Below, one piece after another: positions 13,370 through 27,823 of a stretch of 64,000 nucleotides of DNA. The position numbers and the translations under genes are program-made. The notes under the pieces are model-generated. The model was not told where the DNA came from. It was given only the letters and a program-made list of their open reading frames with translations, and did no database searches. Source of the DNA: Octopus vulgaris (Eukaryota); contig OX597838.1 of NCBI GenBank assembly GCA_951406725.2, positions 14,508,001-14,572,000 on the forward strand, written 5' to 3'. Numbering within the stretch: position 1 is the first letter of the stretch; the number at the start of each line of letters is the position of its first letter.

Positions 13370-13577
13370 CTTAATCCGTTTGTCTGTCCTTGTTTGTTTC
13401 CTCTGTGTGTAGCCCCTTGTGGGTAGTAAAGAAATAGGCATTTCGTCTGTCGCTATGTTCTGCGTTCAAATTCCGCCGATGTCGACTTTGCCTTTCATCC
13501 TTTCGGGGTCGATTAAATAAGTACCAGTTACGCACTGGGGTCGATATAATCGACTTAATCCGTTTGTCTGTCCTTGT
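13370..13577 (+). mobile_element. SINE family C (Meta-domain-like) fragment
   Basis: gtcgactttgcctttcatcctttcggggtcgattaaataagtaccag is shared with many copies in the window. Confidence 0.8.
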
Positions 13578-13746
13578 CAAGGTGGTGTCCCAGCATGACC
13601 GTAGTCCAAGGACTTTAAAAAGTAAAAGTTAAAAACTCATGAGTGCCGTCCTCTCGCCGAGAAAATGGTGGAAAAAAAATTACTTGAAAAGGGAAGGAAA
13701 TAAAGAATAATGTGATTCTAGATACATTATTCAAAAAATTTATTGC

Positions 13747-13797
<51 letters not shown>

Positions 13798-14040
13798 ACA
13801 AAGATACATATTAAAACGAATCACTTATCTACCCATCCGGTGTTGGCCATTCATTTTTATGCAGTTCACACAAACGCGCGCGCTTGAGAGCGTGGTATTT
13901 GCTTCGGCCGATTCACACAGACGTTCTCCTGTCCCTCTGGTCATCGTAAGAAGCAATGAACTAGTGATTAACTGTCCGCAGAAAAGCTTGTAAGCAACGG
14001 GACTATTGTTGCTTAGCTTATTTGGTTGAAATCCTTCTAA

Positions 14041-14570
14041 CCAATCGACGCTATTGTTCACAAATTGATCTGTTGGCCACCTATAACAAAACGATGGTGT
14101 TCTTAACCAGTTAATCTGTCGGCTACCTATAACTAAACGACGCTATTGCTCACTAGTTGACCTCTTGACAACCTACAGCTAAACGACGCTATTGTTCACA
14201 AGTTGATCTTTTGACCACTTGTAACCAGACGACGCTATTGTTCACCAGTTGATCTTCTGACCACTGTTAACCAAATGACGCTATTGTTCGCCTTTTCATC
14301 TGTTGACAACCTACAGCCAAACGACGCTATTGTTCACCAGTTGATCTTTTGGCCACTTGTAACCAAACGACGCTATTGTTCGCCAGTTCATCTGTTGACA
14401 ATCTACAGCCAAACGACGCTATTGTTCATCAGTTGATCTTCTGACCACTTGTAACCAAACGACGCTATTGTTCACCAGTTGATCTTTTGGCCACTTGTAA
14501 CCAAACGACGTTATTGTTCGCCAGTTCATCTGTTGACAACCTACAGCCAAACGACGCTGTTGTTCAACAA
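14041..14570. repeat. 46-bp tandem minisatellite, about 11.5 units
   Basis: Consensus ccaaacgacgctattgttcaccagttgatcttttggccacttgtaa with exact 46-bp spacing (14041, 14087, 14133 ... 14547). Confidence 0.95.
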
Positions 14571-14941
14571 TTGTATGAAATATAAAAAAATAATAAATAA
14601 ATGAAAAGAATATTACTTATTTGGCTAGAAAATGGAAGTTAATAAGTAGGTTAAAGACTGCCAGGTGTATTAGCGGGAGGATTATAGAGGATTATATTTT
14701 TATAAGTGCAGTATGAAGGGGCAGACCATCAAGCCTCTCCGTGGTCTTTTGACCTGCTAAAATTAACAACAAAATCTACCTTAAGTCCTACGACACCATC
14801 GTTTTTTTTAAAGGAAGGCCACATAGGATTAGGTGGTCAAGTGTGGAAAAAAAATGTCCAGAGAGTGGAATGTCTCTGTTTTCGGCGCAAATTTGGCTGC
14901 TATTTTATACTACTTACATCTGCGATTGTTGTTATTGTTGA

Positions 14942-14972
<31 letters not shown>

Positions 14973-15125
14973 GTTATGTTATTACTAGGTCTTGAGTTGA
15001 ATGATCTGAAAGATCTATGATATTAAAGTCGATCAACGACAAACCCGCCTTTCGTTTTATCCAGTGTGTCCGTTATTTCTAAGAGAGTGGGCTTTTTTTT
15101 ATATACATGTAAAATACGACTACAC

Positions 15126-15167
<42 letters not shown>

Positions 15168-15177
15168 ACAAATATAG

Positions 15178-15557
15178 GAGCACTCCGTCGGTTACGACGA
15201 TGAGGGTCTCAGCTGATACGATCAACGGAACAGCTTGCTCGTGGAATTAACGTGCAAGTGGCTGAGCACTCCACAGACACGTGTACCCTTAACGTAGTTC
15301 TCGAGGAGATTCAGCGTGACACAGAGTGTGACAAGGCTGGCCCTTTGAAATACAGGTACAACAGAAACAGGAAGTAAGAGTGAGAGAAAGTTGTGGTGAA
15401 AGAGTACAGCAGGGTTCACCACCACCCCCTGCAGGAGCCTTGTGAAGCTTTAGGTGTTTTCGCTCAATAAACACTCACAATGCCCGGTCTGGGAATCGAA
15501 ACCACGATTCTACGACCGCGAGTCCGCTGCCCTAACCACTGGGCCATTGCGCCTCCA
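15178..15557 (-). mobile_element. SINE family A1 with 17-bp TSD
   Basis: Full copy flanked by cacacttacaaatatag at 15161-15177 and 15558-15574. Confidence 0.95.
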
Positions 15558-15882
15558 CACACTTACAAATATAGCATGTGAGTGTGTTATACTGATGTAC
15601 ATTAGTAACAACACGTTATTCCTGTATTCCTCGGACTTTCCGATGTGTTGTTGCCTTTATTGAACTCATAAAGCAAAATATGCTAAATATACTCCTTTGA
15701 CATTTCAATTATAGCTTTGAAAAAAAATAACTGTTGAAATCGAACTGCACTCTTCAAAACTTGCACTAAGAGTAAAACCAGGATAAAATTACTAATTACT
15801 ACCTGGTTTTATAGCAAATTGATGCAGGTAGTTTATCTCGTCCCCCTCCGACTTTTAGTTCATACAATTCAAAAACTGCAAA

Positions 15883-15942
<60 letters not shown>

Positions 15943-15967
15943 TGACATTATTTATTGGGATGAAATA

Positions 15968-16019
<52 letters not shown>

Positions 16020-16024
16020 ATATA

Positions 16025-16320
16025 TCACCGTGATCACCGTGACCGACCAGGCTATGAGATATAGTTACACATCGCTGGTCACAATGCGTTCGCATTGTTT
16101 TTTAGCCTTCAAATGACGCCACCCCGCTGGCAAAGCGAGCAGGCCAACAGAAGAAAGAGTGAGAGAAAGTTGTGGTGAAAGAGTATAGCAGGGTTCACCA
16201 CCACCCCCTGCCGGAGCCTCGTGGAGCTTTTAGGTGTTTTTGCTCAATAAACACTCACAACGCCCGGTCTAGGAATCGAAACCGCGATCCTACGACCGCG
16301 AGTCCGCTGCCCTAACCACT
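16025..16320 (-). mobile_element. SINE with family A head and third tail type (A3)
   Basis: Family A head and body joined to ...gggtggcgtcatttgaaggctaaaa...ggtcggtcacggtgat; the same tail occurs at 2445-2537. Confidence 0.85.
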
Positions 16321-16328
16321 AAATATAT

Positions 16329-16359
<31 letters not shown>

Positions 16360-16961
16360 GTGCCCCAGCATGGCCACAGCTTGTGAGCTGAAACTAGATG
16401 AAATAAATAAAAAATATATATATGTGTATGTATGTATGTATGTATGTACGTATGTATATTAGTTGTGCTTTATAAGTTGCTTGTGGCTTTTGCTGTTGGT
16501 GTTTGGCCGCAGGACTACCCCGATCGAACTGACCCATGGTCAAAGATGTTTCGTCTGTAACTATCCACTCCCTTCTTGTGAAGTGAGTATCTACGATTAC
16601 ATTATCCAAATTTTCCTTCCCCTTTTGTTTTTGGAGACAGTAAGGTCGTCGCTTTATTATTTCTAACTCGATGTGGAACCGCCGAAAAGGTTCCTTTGCA
16701 TCTTAATCGTTTTATTTCGAAATGTGAAATAAGGAAACGATATCTCCAGGTGAACATCCACCAAAACTATCTAATCTCTGCTGCTTAAGAACAAACTTCC
16801 TTTGCCTTTTGTGAAATCTACCTTCAAGTTTCCAATGAGATGAATTAGATCAAAATCTGTTTAAATTCTCAAACGATTTCGCTTCGGGAGTAATTTTCTT
16901 TCGTGGCTCGAAATGATTTTCGTGAGATAGAAGTTAATCCTGGTTGATTCGTCGTTAATAG

Positions 16962-17289
16962 CAGTGGTTCCGAAAGTGGGCGGCTATTACCCCCCACCAC
17001 CACCACCACCATCTGCGGGCGACGGGAAGTTCCAAGGGGTTATTGAAGAAAAGTGGGGCGATAATGGGGTAGTGATTCATGTAAAAATTGGGGTGATAAT
17101 GGGGTGGGAATTCATGTAAAAACAACAAAATAACGGGTTCGTTAGGTTAAATTCTATTTGTGAAATACAGTTGCTTTGAATTTGCTTCAGAAAGAGGTCT
17201 ATATTTGTGATGGTTAGCTGAGGTGGGGCGCAAGGAATGAGGCCTGGGTGTCAATGAGGCGGCAGCCTGTAAAAGTTTGGAAACCACGG
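16962..17289. mobile_element. hAT-type MITE
   Basis: Imperfect TIRs cagtggttccgaaa / tttggaaaccacgg and an 8-bp TSD gttaatag / ggtaatag. Confidence 0.7.
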
Positions 17290-17967
17290 GGTAATAGCAT
17301 CCTTATGACCTTTGCATAAATTGCTGGCTACCTACTTTCATTTCCAATAACAAATTCAGCTGCTACCATCGAGTTGCACGCTACAATTTTGAACATACCG
17401 GCTACTATCCATTGAGTTCCTCGTACAACATTCTCATGGTCATACCGGCTGCCGTCATCGAGCTCAAACTTACAAAGTCGTCTTGAATAAATCAGCTACC
17501 AGCAACGTGTGTGCCTTTCTAAAATCAGTTTAAAAAATGATATTGTGACTCTAATCATTACATTTGATCTTCGTGGAATTACGGACCTAGAATTGTCCAT
17601 TAAGTCCTTCATCCTATGAATCTGTCCCAAGCAATGTTACCATCTGTCTGCTATCAAATTTAAGAATCTCCATATATCGTCAGTTTCAGACGAGATGACG
17701 GTTAGTTTGGCAGAATTACCAGTGCGTCGGACAAAATGAACTTGCTATATTTTGTCGCGTCACTTTACATGCTGAAATTCTGTCACCCTCGAGAACAACT
17801 TAGCTTTCAGCAATCCATAAGAAATCGATAGCTTAATCTGCAGTCAGGTACTAGGGTCGGTATAATCGACAATATCCAACCCTCAAATTCGACGCCTTAT
17901 GCCTCATGTAAGAAACTGTTGCCATTTACAGAGAAATCCTCATTCAATATACATCTTGAATACTAAA

Positions 17968-19147
17968 TTATTTCTTTACTACCCACAAGGGGCTAAACAC
18001 AGAGAGGACAAAGAAGGACAGATAGACGGATTAAGTCGATAATATCGACTCCAGTGCGTAACTGGTACTTATTTAATCTACCCCGAAAGGATGAAATGCA
18101 AAGTTGACCTCGGCGGAATTTGAACTCAGAACGTTGCGGCAGACGAAATACCTATTTCTTCACTACCCACAAGGGGCTAAACACAGAGAGGACAAACAAG
18201 GACAGACAAACTGATCAAGTCGATTATATCGACCCCAGTGCGTAACTGGTACTTATTTAATCGACCCCGAAAGGATGAAAGGCAAAGTCGACCTCGGCGG
18301 AAATTTGAACTCAGAACGTAGCGGCAGACGAAATACGGCCACGCATTTCGCCCGGCGTGCTAACGTTTCTGCCAGTTCGCCAAAGCTAAATGAAACATTC
18401 GTATGTCAGCGTATGTTTCAGGGTGAAGACCGTGAAAGCGTCAGAAGATTTATTCATATTTCTTGACTGAACTGTTGTGATTTAGTGTCAAGGCTATTCT
18501 ATTGAAAGTAGCTGCATTAATGATGATTTTTCTGTGTCCGGGATTAATCGACCCCGAAAGGATGAAAGGCAAAGTCGACCTCGGCGGTATTTGAACTCAG
18601 CAGACGAGTTGCGGCAGACGAAATACGGCTACGCATTTCGCCTGGCGTGCTAACGTTTCTGCCAGCTCGCCAATGCTAAATGAAACATTCGTATGTCAGC
18701 GTATGTTTCAGGGTGAAGACCGTGAAAGCGTCAGAAGATTTCTTCATATTTATTTATATTTCTTGGACTGAACTGTCGTTGTTTAGTGTCAAGGCTATTC
18801 TATTGAAAGTAGCTACATTAATGATGATTTTTCTGTGTCCGGGATTAATCGACCCCGAAAGGATGAAAGGCAAAGTCGACCTCGGCGGAATTTTGAACTC
18901 AGAACGTTGCGGCAGACGAAATACGGCTACGCATTTCGCGCGGCGTGCTAACGTTTCTGCCAGCTCGCCAATACTAAATGAAACATTCGTATGTCAGCGT
19001 ATGTTTCAGGGTGAAGACCGTGAAAGCGTCAGAAGATTTCTTCATATTTATTTATATTTCTTGGACTGAACTGTCGTTGTTTAGTGTCAAGGCTATTCTA
19101 TTGAAAGTAGCTGCATTAATGATGATATTCTGTGTCCGGGATTAATC
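17968..19147 (-). mobile_element. Family C SINE dimer plus local tandem triplication of about 290-300 bp
   Basis: Unit ttaatcgaccccgaaagg...ctgtgtccggga recurs near 18258, 18544 and 18845. Confidence 0.9.
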
Positions 19148-19909
19148 AAGTTTCATTAAGAATATCCTGCTTTATTCTAAGCATAAGGATTGATGTTACT
19201 ACTTCTTAAAACGTTTGTCTTAATTTCCTGTGTTCCAAAATCTAAGTAGAAAGGAATACAATATTAATGGTGTTTTCCTTACGCAGATTTATTGATTCAA
19301 CACGTGAAAGTATATCTTATTCTCCACCTCTCACCCCTTTCCCCCTCTCTCTCTGTACCTTTTAGTCGTATCTCAGCCTGCAAAATATTTCTTACTTTCG
19401 AGACATTATCTATTCTCGCCGTTCTCATTCTGTTGTCAATCTCAATTCTGTGAATCTTCGCGGAAAGCTCTTGCAGGAATTGACCTATGTTCACGAGCTT
19501 ATTCCTGTCTCTCTCTAGTCTATTTATGTATGTGTGTGTGTGTGTGTGTGTGTGTAACCGTATAAATGTGAGAAAGCTGCAAAACATTTTGGCCTTTTGA
19601 ATTTTCAATCTGTGATTTCAAATTATTTCTGCTTTTGTTTTTTTCTTTTTTCTTTGTTTTTGTTTTGCTTGAAAGAAGAAATACATTCATCCATACAGTG
19701 TAATAAGTAAATAGGTTCAAATTGAATACATGATACCTCTCAGTAAGTTGAATATAAACGCTTCAAGTGGAATAAGCGGAAATACAAAGACATAGTGTAC
19801 TAAATAGACATTGATGACACCCTACATGGCCTTGCTTTTTGATCCCTACATGGCCTTGCTTTTTACTTTTTGAGCCAAAAAATTAACTAACTAACTAACT
19901 AACTTAATG

Positions 19910-19956
<47 letters not shown>

Positions 19957-19961
19957 TTATG

Positions 19962-20024
<63 letters not shown>

Positions 20025-20119
20025 TAGAAATTGTGTCGAGTGATTTAGAAGGTAAAAAGTAAATCGTATAAAGTGGAACAAATCCATCAGCTTCGGAAGA
20101 TTTAGTGTTTCTCACAAAA

Positions 20120-20179
<60 letters not shown>

Positions 20180-20944
20180 GCACGTAGCGTGTAATAAATA
20201 TATTGATAACGTCTTCCTTCGCTTTATATAACACATATGTCTCAACCGCACACGTTTTCGCAAGACCCCTGTTCAAGGTTCTTTGAATTTTTATTGCATC
20301 TTTTTGAACTTTTGTGGCATATATATATATATAAAAAAAAACAAGGCAGAATTGTAACCGCGTCGGTAAAATATCTTGTGCTATTTTTTGTAGCCCTTCG
20401 GGTTCTAAGTTCAAATCCCGCCAAGAACAACTTTCACCTTCAACCTTTCACCTTTCCGGTGTCTATAAAGTAAATTACTAGTCAAGAACTGAATTTTGTG
20501 ATAACCTCCTCTGTTGGTCTGGTGCCTGCAGTGTTTCTTCCGCCTCTCTACGTTCAGGTTTCAAGTCCCACGAGATCAACTTTGCATTTTATCTTTTCGG
20601 GGTCGATAAAATAATAAAATAATGTCCTAGATAAATGCTGGGAACGACAGTATGGAACTAAACCCTTTGCCTTGAAAATTGTTAGCCTTGTAACAAAATT
20701 AGAAACCTTTATTGTAGTAGTAGTAGTAGTAGTAGTAGTAGCAGTGGTGGTGTGGTGGTAGTAGTGGTAGTGGTGATAGTAGTAGTGGTGGTTGTGGTGT
20801 TTGTGGCACTAGTGGTAGTGGTGGTAGTAGTAGTAGCAGTGGTGGTGGTAGTGGTAGTGGTAGTAGTGGTAGTAGTAGTGGTGGTGGTGGTGGTGGTAGT
20901 AGTAGTAAAAGCAGTAGTAGTACTAGTAGTTGTTGTAGTGCGAA

Positions 20945-21275
20945 GGCGCGTGGCTCAGTGGTTAGAGCATTCACTTCTCGATCGGACGGTCGTGAGTTCG
21001 ATTCCCGGCGGCGTGTTGTATCTCTGACTCAGACCCATTATATCACGTTGCTCCAGTCCAGTTCAATCAGCTGGCAAAAGTGAATCGTACATGCAATACA
21101 AAAGAGCAAAAGGGGCCGACCTTGTCACATTCTGTGTCGCGCTGAATCTCCCTGAAAGCCACGTCAAGGTCTGCGGAGTACTCAGCCACTTGCACTTAAA
21201 TTTCACGCGGGATCTTTTCTGTTGATTGGATCAACTAACTGGAAACCTCATCGTCGTAACCGACCGAATGCCAAC
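20945..21275 (+). mobile_element. Diverged SINE: family D head with A1 tail
   Basis: ggcgcgtggctcagtggttagag head and ctccagt..cagctg body as in family D, then ggccgaccttgtcac...cgtcgtaaccgac as in A1. Confidence 0.75.
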
Positions 21276-21280
21276 TGCTC

Positions 21281-21302
21281 TTAGTAGTAGTAGTAGTAGT
21301 AA

Positions 21303-21356
<54 letters not shown>

Positions 21357-21384
21357 TAGTAGTAGTAGTAGTAGCAACAGCGGC

Positions 21385-21422
<38 letters not shown>

Positions 21423-21470
21423 CAGCAGCAGAAGTAGTTGTAGTAGTAGTAGCAGCAGCAGAAGTAGTAA

Positions 21471-21515
<45 letters not shown>

Positions 21516-21522
21516 CAGCAGC

Positions 21523-21581
<59 letters not shown>

Positions 21582-21598
21582 CAGCAGCAGAAGTAGTT

Positions 21599-21629
<31 letters not shown>

Positions 21630-21649
21630 CAGCAGCAGCAGAAGTAGTT

Positions 21650-21680
<31 letters not shown>

Positions 21681-21688
21681 TGGTGGTG

Positions 21689-21731
<43 letters not shown>

Positions 21732-22286
21732 CAGCAGCAGAAGTAGTTGTAGTAGTAGTAGTAGTAGTAGTAGTAGCAGCAGCAGCAGAAGTAGTAGTAG
21801 TAGTAGTAGTAGCAGCAGAAGTAGTTGTAGTAGTAGTAGTAGTAGTAGTAGCAGCAGAAGTAGTAGTAGTAGCAGCAGCAGCAGAAGTAGTAGTAGTAGT
21901 AGTAGTAGTAACGACATTGCTGTTGGTACTTTGAAATCGTCTGCCATTTGAAAGCGACTGAGGAACGCTGAGGCATGAATTGTGGAAGGCAGACGATGAA
22001 GAGAAGTGAAGAGGTGGGGGGGTGGAAACGACTGCAATGTGTGGAGTCTCTAGGGAGAGAAAAAGAGAGAAGGAATTCAAATGAAGAGGGCGGCGGTGGG
22101 GGCGGGGGTGGGGTGGCGGTGGCGGTGGGGGGGGTGTGCTGCAATGAAACAGCGAGAGGCGAAGAGATAGAAGAGCGATTTGATGAAAGAAGCAGACGAA
22201 ACCAAGACAGTTTCACGACTCCATCTTGCTGGATGACTAAGATATGCAAAGTCTGTGAATATCGGGAACGGTCAGCGACATATACT

Positions 22287-22329
<43 letters not shown>

Positions 22330-22357
22330 ACATGCCTGCACACACACACATACACAT

Positions 22358-22416
<59 letters not shown>

Positions 22417-22508
22417 CACACACATACACACACATATACACACACATATACACATACACACAGAGGCACGCACGCACACACGCACACACACATATGTAGA
22501 GATACATA

Positions 22509-22546
<38 letters not shown>

Positions 22547-22590
22547 CATATGCATATATATATGTGTGTATGTGTGTGTGTATGCATATG

Positions 22591-22630
<40 letters not shown>
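21281..22630. repeat. (AGT/AGC)n array and (TA)/(CA) tracts
   Basis: Directly visible. Confidence 0.95.
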
Positions 22631-22632
<2 letters not shown>

Positions 22633-22849
22633 ATTTTCCCCTCTTGCTTCGTTCGAATGCAAGTTGTCTATGATGATGATGATAATGACGACGACGATGA
22701 TGATGGTTTAAGGAAGGTATATAAAATAAAAACTAAATAGAATGGCAAATAGATCAGTAAAACAAAATCTAATAAAGACTAATATCAGGGACATGCTCTA
22801 CTTCTGATGTTACTACTACTACTATTTAGAAATAGCAGCCAAAAAACCT

Positions 22850-22965
22850 TAGGATGAAAGGCTAAGTCGACCTCAGCGGAATTTGAACTCAGAACATAGC
22901 GACCGGCGAAATACCGCTAAACATTTCGTCGGGCGAGCTAACGATTCTGCCGGCTCGTCGCCTTA
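22850..22965 (-). mobile_element. SINE family C head fragment
   Basis: aggatgaaaggctaagtcgacctcagcggaatttgaactcagaac...gctcgtcgcc. Confidence 0.8.
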
Positions 22966-23514
22966 AGAACAACAACAACAACAACAACAACAACATGCCC
23001 TGATACAGTACCAGGCAGTGACTCTCGTGGCTTCTGATCTTAACTGATTGGAAGTGTTATCATATACATGTTTTCTCTTGTTATAAAAGATGGTCTACAG
23101 CAAATGTTCTACTCAATACTACAAATTTGCTTATCAGTTGTTTGACCTAATTGAGGATGTTCCTTGTTGTCACTTTGATGGCATGTGCTATTCTCTCGCT
23201 CAATGATAGTGATAATAATAACAACAACAACAATCACCACCACCGCCAACAACAATAACGACAAAAGCAATTATAATGACAACAACAACAGCACTACCAG
23301 CGACAACAACAACAATAATTCACCCCAAGTTGTACCCTGCAGGCGATAAACAACTAGATACACTGCTACATACAATACACATGTTTACTTACGGAATTGA
23401 TTGATGTGAAATTCTGAGTAGTAAAAACCCTTAAATTTAACCTTAGTTAGGAACAATAATATTATGCTACATAAAGAAGCAAATATATGAGAATTAAACC
23501 AAACACTTGGTATT

Positions 23515-23850
23515 GAGACCCCCTTTGGTCATGAATGACCATGGGATTGCACCTACAAAGTTACACTCCGAGGTACAAGTCCGGGCAAGGTTGTTTACGG
23601 AAGGCCAGTAGTCGCCCATGCATACCAGCCTCCCATACCCACACCACTGATGTTATCCAAGGGAAAGGCAAAGGGGCCGAAACAGCTTGGCACCAGTGAC
23701 GTCGCAACTCATTTCAACAGCTGAGTGAACTGGAGCAACGTGAAATAAGGTATCTTTCTCAAGAACACAACACGCAGCCCGGTCCGGGAATCGAACTCAC
23801 AACCTCACGATCGTAAGCTCGACGCTCTAATCACTGAGCCATGTGCATTC
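23515..23850 (-). mobile_element. SINE family D, full length
   Basis: Reverse complement of the copy at 34838-35167; tRNA-like head with A and B boxes. Confidence 0.85.
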
Positions 23851-24339
23851 ACTACAAATACTTAGGGACCAATGAAGTAGACAGAATGCAACATACATAA
23901 ATGAAAGAAAAGATTAAGAAAGCAAATTATAAGAGCTAAATGCAACACATAAGTCAATAGGCGTTAACACGTAGGGTGTCTCGGTGATAAGTTATATTAT
24001 AGTTATATAATATTCTAAACGGAATGCTAAATGAATGAACATGACTAGACAGAAAAGGTAGTGTAGGTGACCGAGTACTCCGTAGACAAATGTACACTGA
24101 ATGTATTCTTTTGGTACACTCAATAGGTGACAAGGCTGGTTCTTCTGAACTGTAAACAAAAATCCATTTTGTATAACAGAGTAAACGACGGACGTTCTTA
24201 CAGCATCCGTCTACACAATTCCACTTTCAGAACTTACTCGACCGGAAACTATGTAATACAGACTGACATACAAATGGTGTCGCACGTTGAGATCGAACAC
24301 GGAACCTGTCCATTGAGAAATTAACTTCCATGTCTTTTA

Positions 24340-24765
24340 TCTTTTACTTTTTATTTGTTTCAGTCACTTTCACTGCGGCCATGCTTGGGCAACGACTTGA
24401 AGTGGTTGTTTTTTTAGTCGAACGAATCGACCTTAGGACTTATTTTTTTAAAGCCTGGTACTTATTCTGTCGGTCTCTTTTCCCGAACCGCTAAGTTACG
24501 GGGACGTAAGCAAACCAACACCGGTTGTCAAGCGGTGGTGAGTGACTAACACAGACACAAAGACACACACCATCACAAAAACATACCACACACGCATATA
24601 TACGACGGGCTTCTTTCAGTTTCCGTCTACCAAATCCACTCACAATGTTTTGATAGGCCCGAGGCTAGAGCAGGAGTTACTTGCCCAAGGTGCTATACAG
24701 TGGGACTGAAACCAGAAACACGTGGTTGGGAAGCAAGCTTCTTACCACACAGCCACGCCTGGCGC
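24340..24765 (-). mobile_element. SINE family B, older copy
   Basis: Colinear with other B copies but more diverged. Confidence 0.85.
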
Positions 24766-25372
24766 CCGTGTTCATATCCTAAATACATCGTTACGAATGC
24801 AAGAATAAAATTAGATGGAGGTTTATTTCGGAAAGTAATACTGTTAAGTAATATACGAATTAATGCTATGAAAGGAGAAAAACATTTGCACAAACACACG
24901 TCATCGGCAGTCACTGACAGAGCCAGTTTATTAGATTTGGTGGTTGTTTCGTAGTTTCTCTCATTAGTTTTAGCCAGAAATGCCTTTATGTATTACAAAA
25001 TCATTTAGCTTTCAATATTTGTGTTTATTTGATTGGATTGGATTGTATCAAAGCAGATGGCGACGACGACGACGACGACGACGACGATCACCACCACCAC
25101 CACCACCACCACCACCACAACCACCACAACCAGCAGCAGCAGCAGTAATAGCTGAGGCCGTATCAGTAGCATCATCATCGTCATCAGGGAGCAGTAGCAC
25201 CACCAACGCCACGCTTCGCCTCCCCACCTCCCCTCCTTATAATCATCATGATCATCATTCTCAACCTCCTCCTCCTCCTCATCATCATCATCAACATCAT
25301 CAACATCGTCATCATCATTAGCAGCAGTAGCAGCACCACCACCACCACCACCACCACGACCACTACCACCAC

Positions 25373-25404
<32 letters not shown>

Positions 25405-25426
25405 CCATCATCATCATCACCATCAC

Positions 25427-25458
<32 letters not shown>

Positions 25459-25465
25459 CCATCAC

Positions 25466-25506
<41 letters not shown>

Positions 25507-25510
25507 CCAC

Positions 25511-25551
<41 letters not shown>

Positions 25552-26050
25552 CCATCATCATTGTCGTTGTCGCCATCTTCATTTACGATCAGTTTTCCAT
25601 TAATTACTGGAGGATAGCGTTCATGGAAATGAGGAGAGAGAAAGCGAGAGTGGGGAGAGAGAGAAAGAGACAGAAGAAAAATATGGGAGCGGAAGAGAGA
25701 GGGAAGGAAATGAAAGTGAGCAAGGTGGATTGGAAGGTAGAATTAGAGGGAGAGCAACGGAGAGGAGGAGGAGAGAGAGAGGATGTTTTGTTTGTTTTTA
25801 ATTCATTATACAGTAAATGGCTTGCTGGATTGTCTTAATTTCCTCGAGTAGTAGTAGTAGTAGTAGTAGTAGTAGGAGGAGGAGGAGGAGGAGGAGGAGG
25901 AGGCGGAGGAGGAAGGGGAGGAGAGGAGGAAGAAGAAGGGATGGGAGGAATGGGAAGAGATGGTAGAGGTCGAGTGATGATGGAGATGGAACTGGTGCTG
26001 ATAACGGCGTTGGTGGTGATGATAGCAGCAGCAGCAGCAGTAGCAGTAGC

Positions 26051-26097
<47 letters not shown>

Positions 26098-26249
26098 CTT
26101 TTGTTGTTTTTATCTATTTTTATCGTAGTGGAAGAACAGAGAAGAAGAAGAAGAAGAAGAAGAAGAAGAAGAAGAAGAAGAAGAAGAAGAAGAAGAAGAA
26201 GAAGAAGAAGATATGAGAGAGATGGGATATATAATGAAAAGTGGGATAT

Positions 26250-26319
<70 letters not shown>

Positions 26320-26644
26320 GCAGGGGAGTCGACGGATAAAATATGAAAATAAGATAAAAAATAAACAGCAATGATACAACAAAAATCATAAGACTGGAAG
26401 GAATTTGAAGGAAGATGATTAGGAGGAAGTTTTTGGAGAGGAGGTTATTGGTAACACGAAGAACTAATTGACCTCTCTGATTGATTTAGCTGTTTAATCA
26501 ACTGAGATCCAATTTCGTTAATTAATCGAAACATATCTCTGTTTGATATTTCTAAATGAACAAAATGGCTGCCTAGTATTTGTGCTGTGCGCAGTATATT
26601 TGACAAGATAAAGCGACCGTGACATCGTTCAGACCTAACCACAC

Positions 26645-27290
26645 GTCCTAGAAATCGACCAACACATCGTACATACCGGGAAAGATATCCTGGAAACCGT
26701 ACAAGCTGGGAAAGATATCCTGGAAACGAACAGCGACATCGTGGAAAACGATCGAGTCATCGAACTCACTGACACAGACACAGCACATACCGAACAACAT
26801 GTAGAATCCGCCTGAGACGTCGTAGAAACCGATCGAGACTAGGTCGAAACCCAACCATACATCATAGAAACCGACTAAGACATCGGAGAATCGTGAATAG
26901 ACCCCGTAGAAACCGATAGAGACATCGTAGAAAACTATTGAGACATCGCAGACGTCGACACAGACATCGTACATACAGGCACAGACATCGTACATACAGG
27001 CACAGACATCGTACATACAGGCACAGACATCGTAAAATCCACGCGAGACATCGTAGAAATGTGACGGATGTGATGTCGTTGAAACCGAACAACAAACACA
27101 CTTCGAGAAAGGCATCGTGGAAACCGGCAAAGACAACGTAAAAAACGACCGAAATATCGTAGACAGCGACACACACATCGTACAGCGACGCGAACATCGT
27201 CGAATCCGGCCGAGACATCGGAAAGCGGCCGTGACATCGTTGAAACTGATACAAACATCTCAAAAATCTACCAAGACATCGTACAAAACG
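26645..27290. repeat. Degenerate CpG-rich minisatellite with about 21-bp period
   Basis: Core gacatcgtagaaacc / gacatcgtacatac recurs; three exact cagacatcgtacatacaggca units near 26961-27030. Confidence 0.85.
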
Positions 27291-27539
27291 GAAACTTTTT
27301 TTGATCTGTGATTTGAAAGTAAATATACAAACCGAAGTCTTTTTTAATCGATCCTTTAAACACTCGATTTTAGCAGAGTTGAGCTTCATCTTTTGTTATT
27401 TTTAAAAATTTTAATTTTTTGTTTGTTTCAGTCATTGGACTGCGGTCATGCTAGGGCATGACTGAAACATAAACAAACCAACACCGGTTATCAAGCTGTG
27501 TGGTGGTATACAAAAACGCACACACATATACATATAAAC

Positions 27540-27622
<83 letters not shown>

Positions 27623-27691
27623 AGACCAAAGTGTACGTACATCGATATATGTATATATATATATATATGCTTATATGTATATATGTATATA

Positions 27692-27823
<132 letters not shown>

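Noticed and set aside
14041-14570. CRISPR-like array
   Set aside because: The variable halves are two related variants rather than unique spacers; there are no cas genes and the context is eukaryotic.
26648-27178. Reflectin-like Met/Tyr/Asp-rich repeat protein
   Set aside because: It lacks the reflectin MD-x5-MD motif pattern and is explained by a 21-bp DNA repeat.
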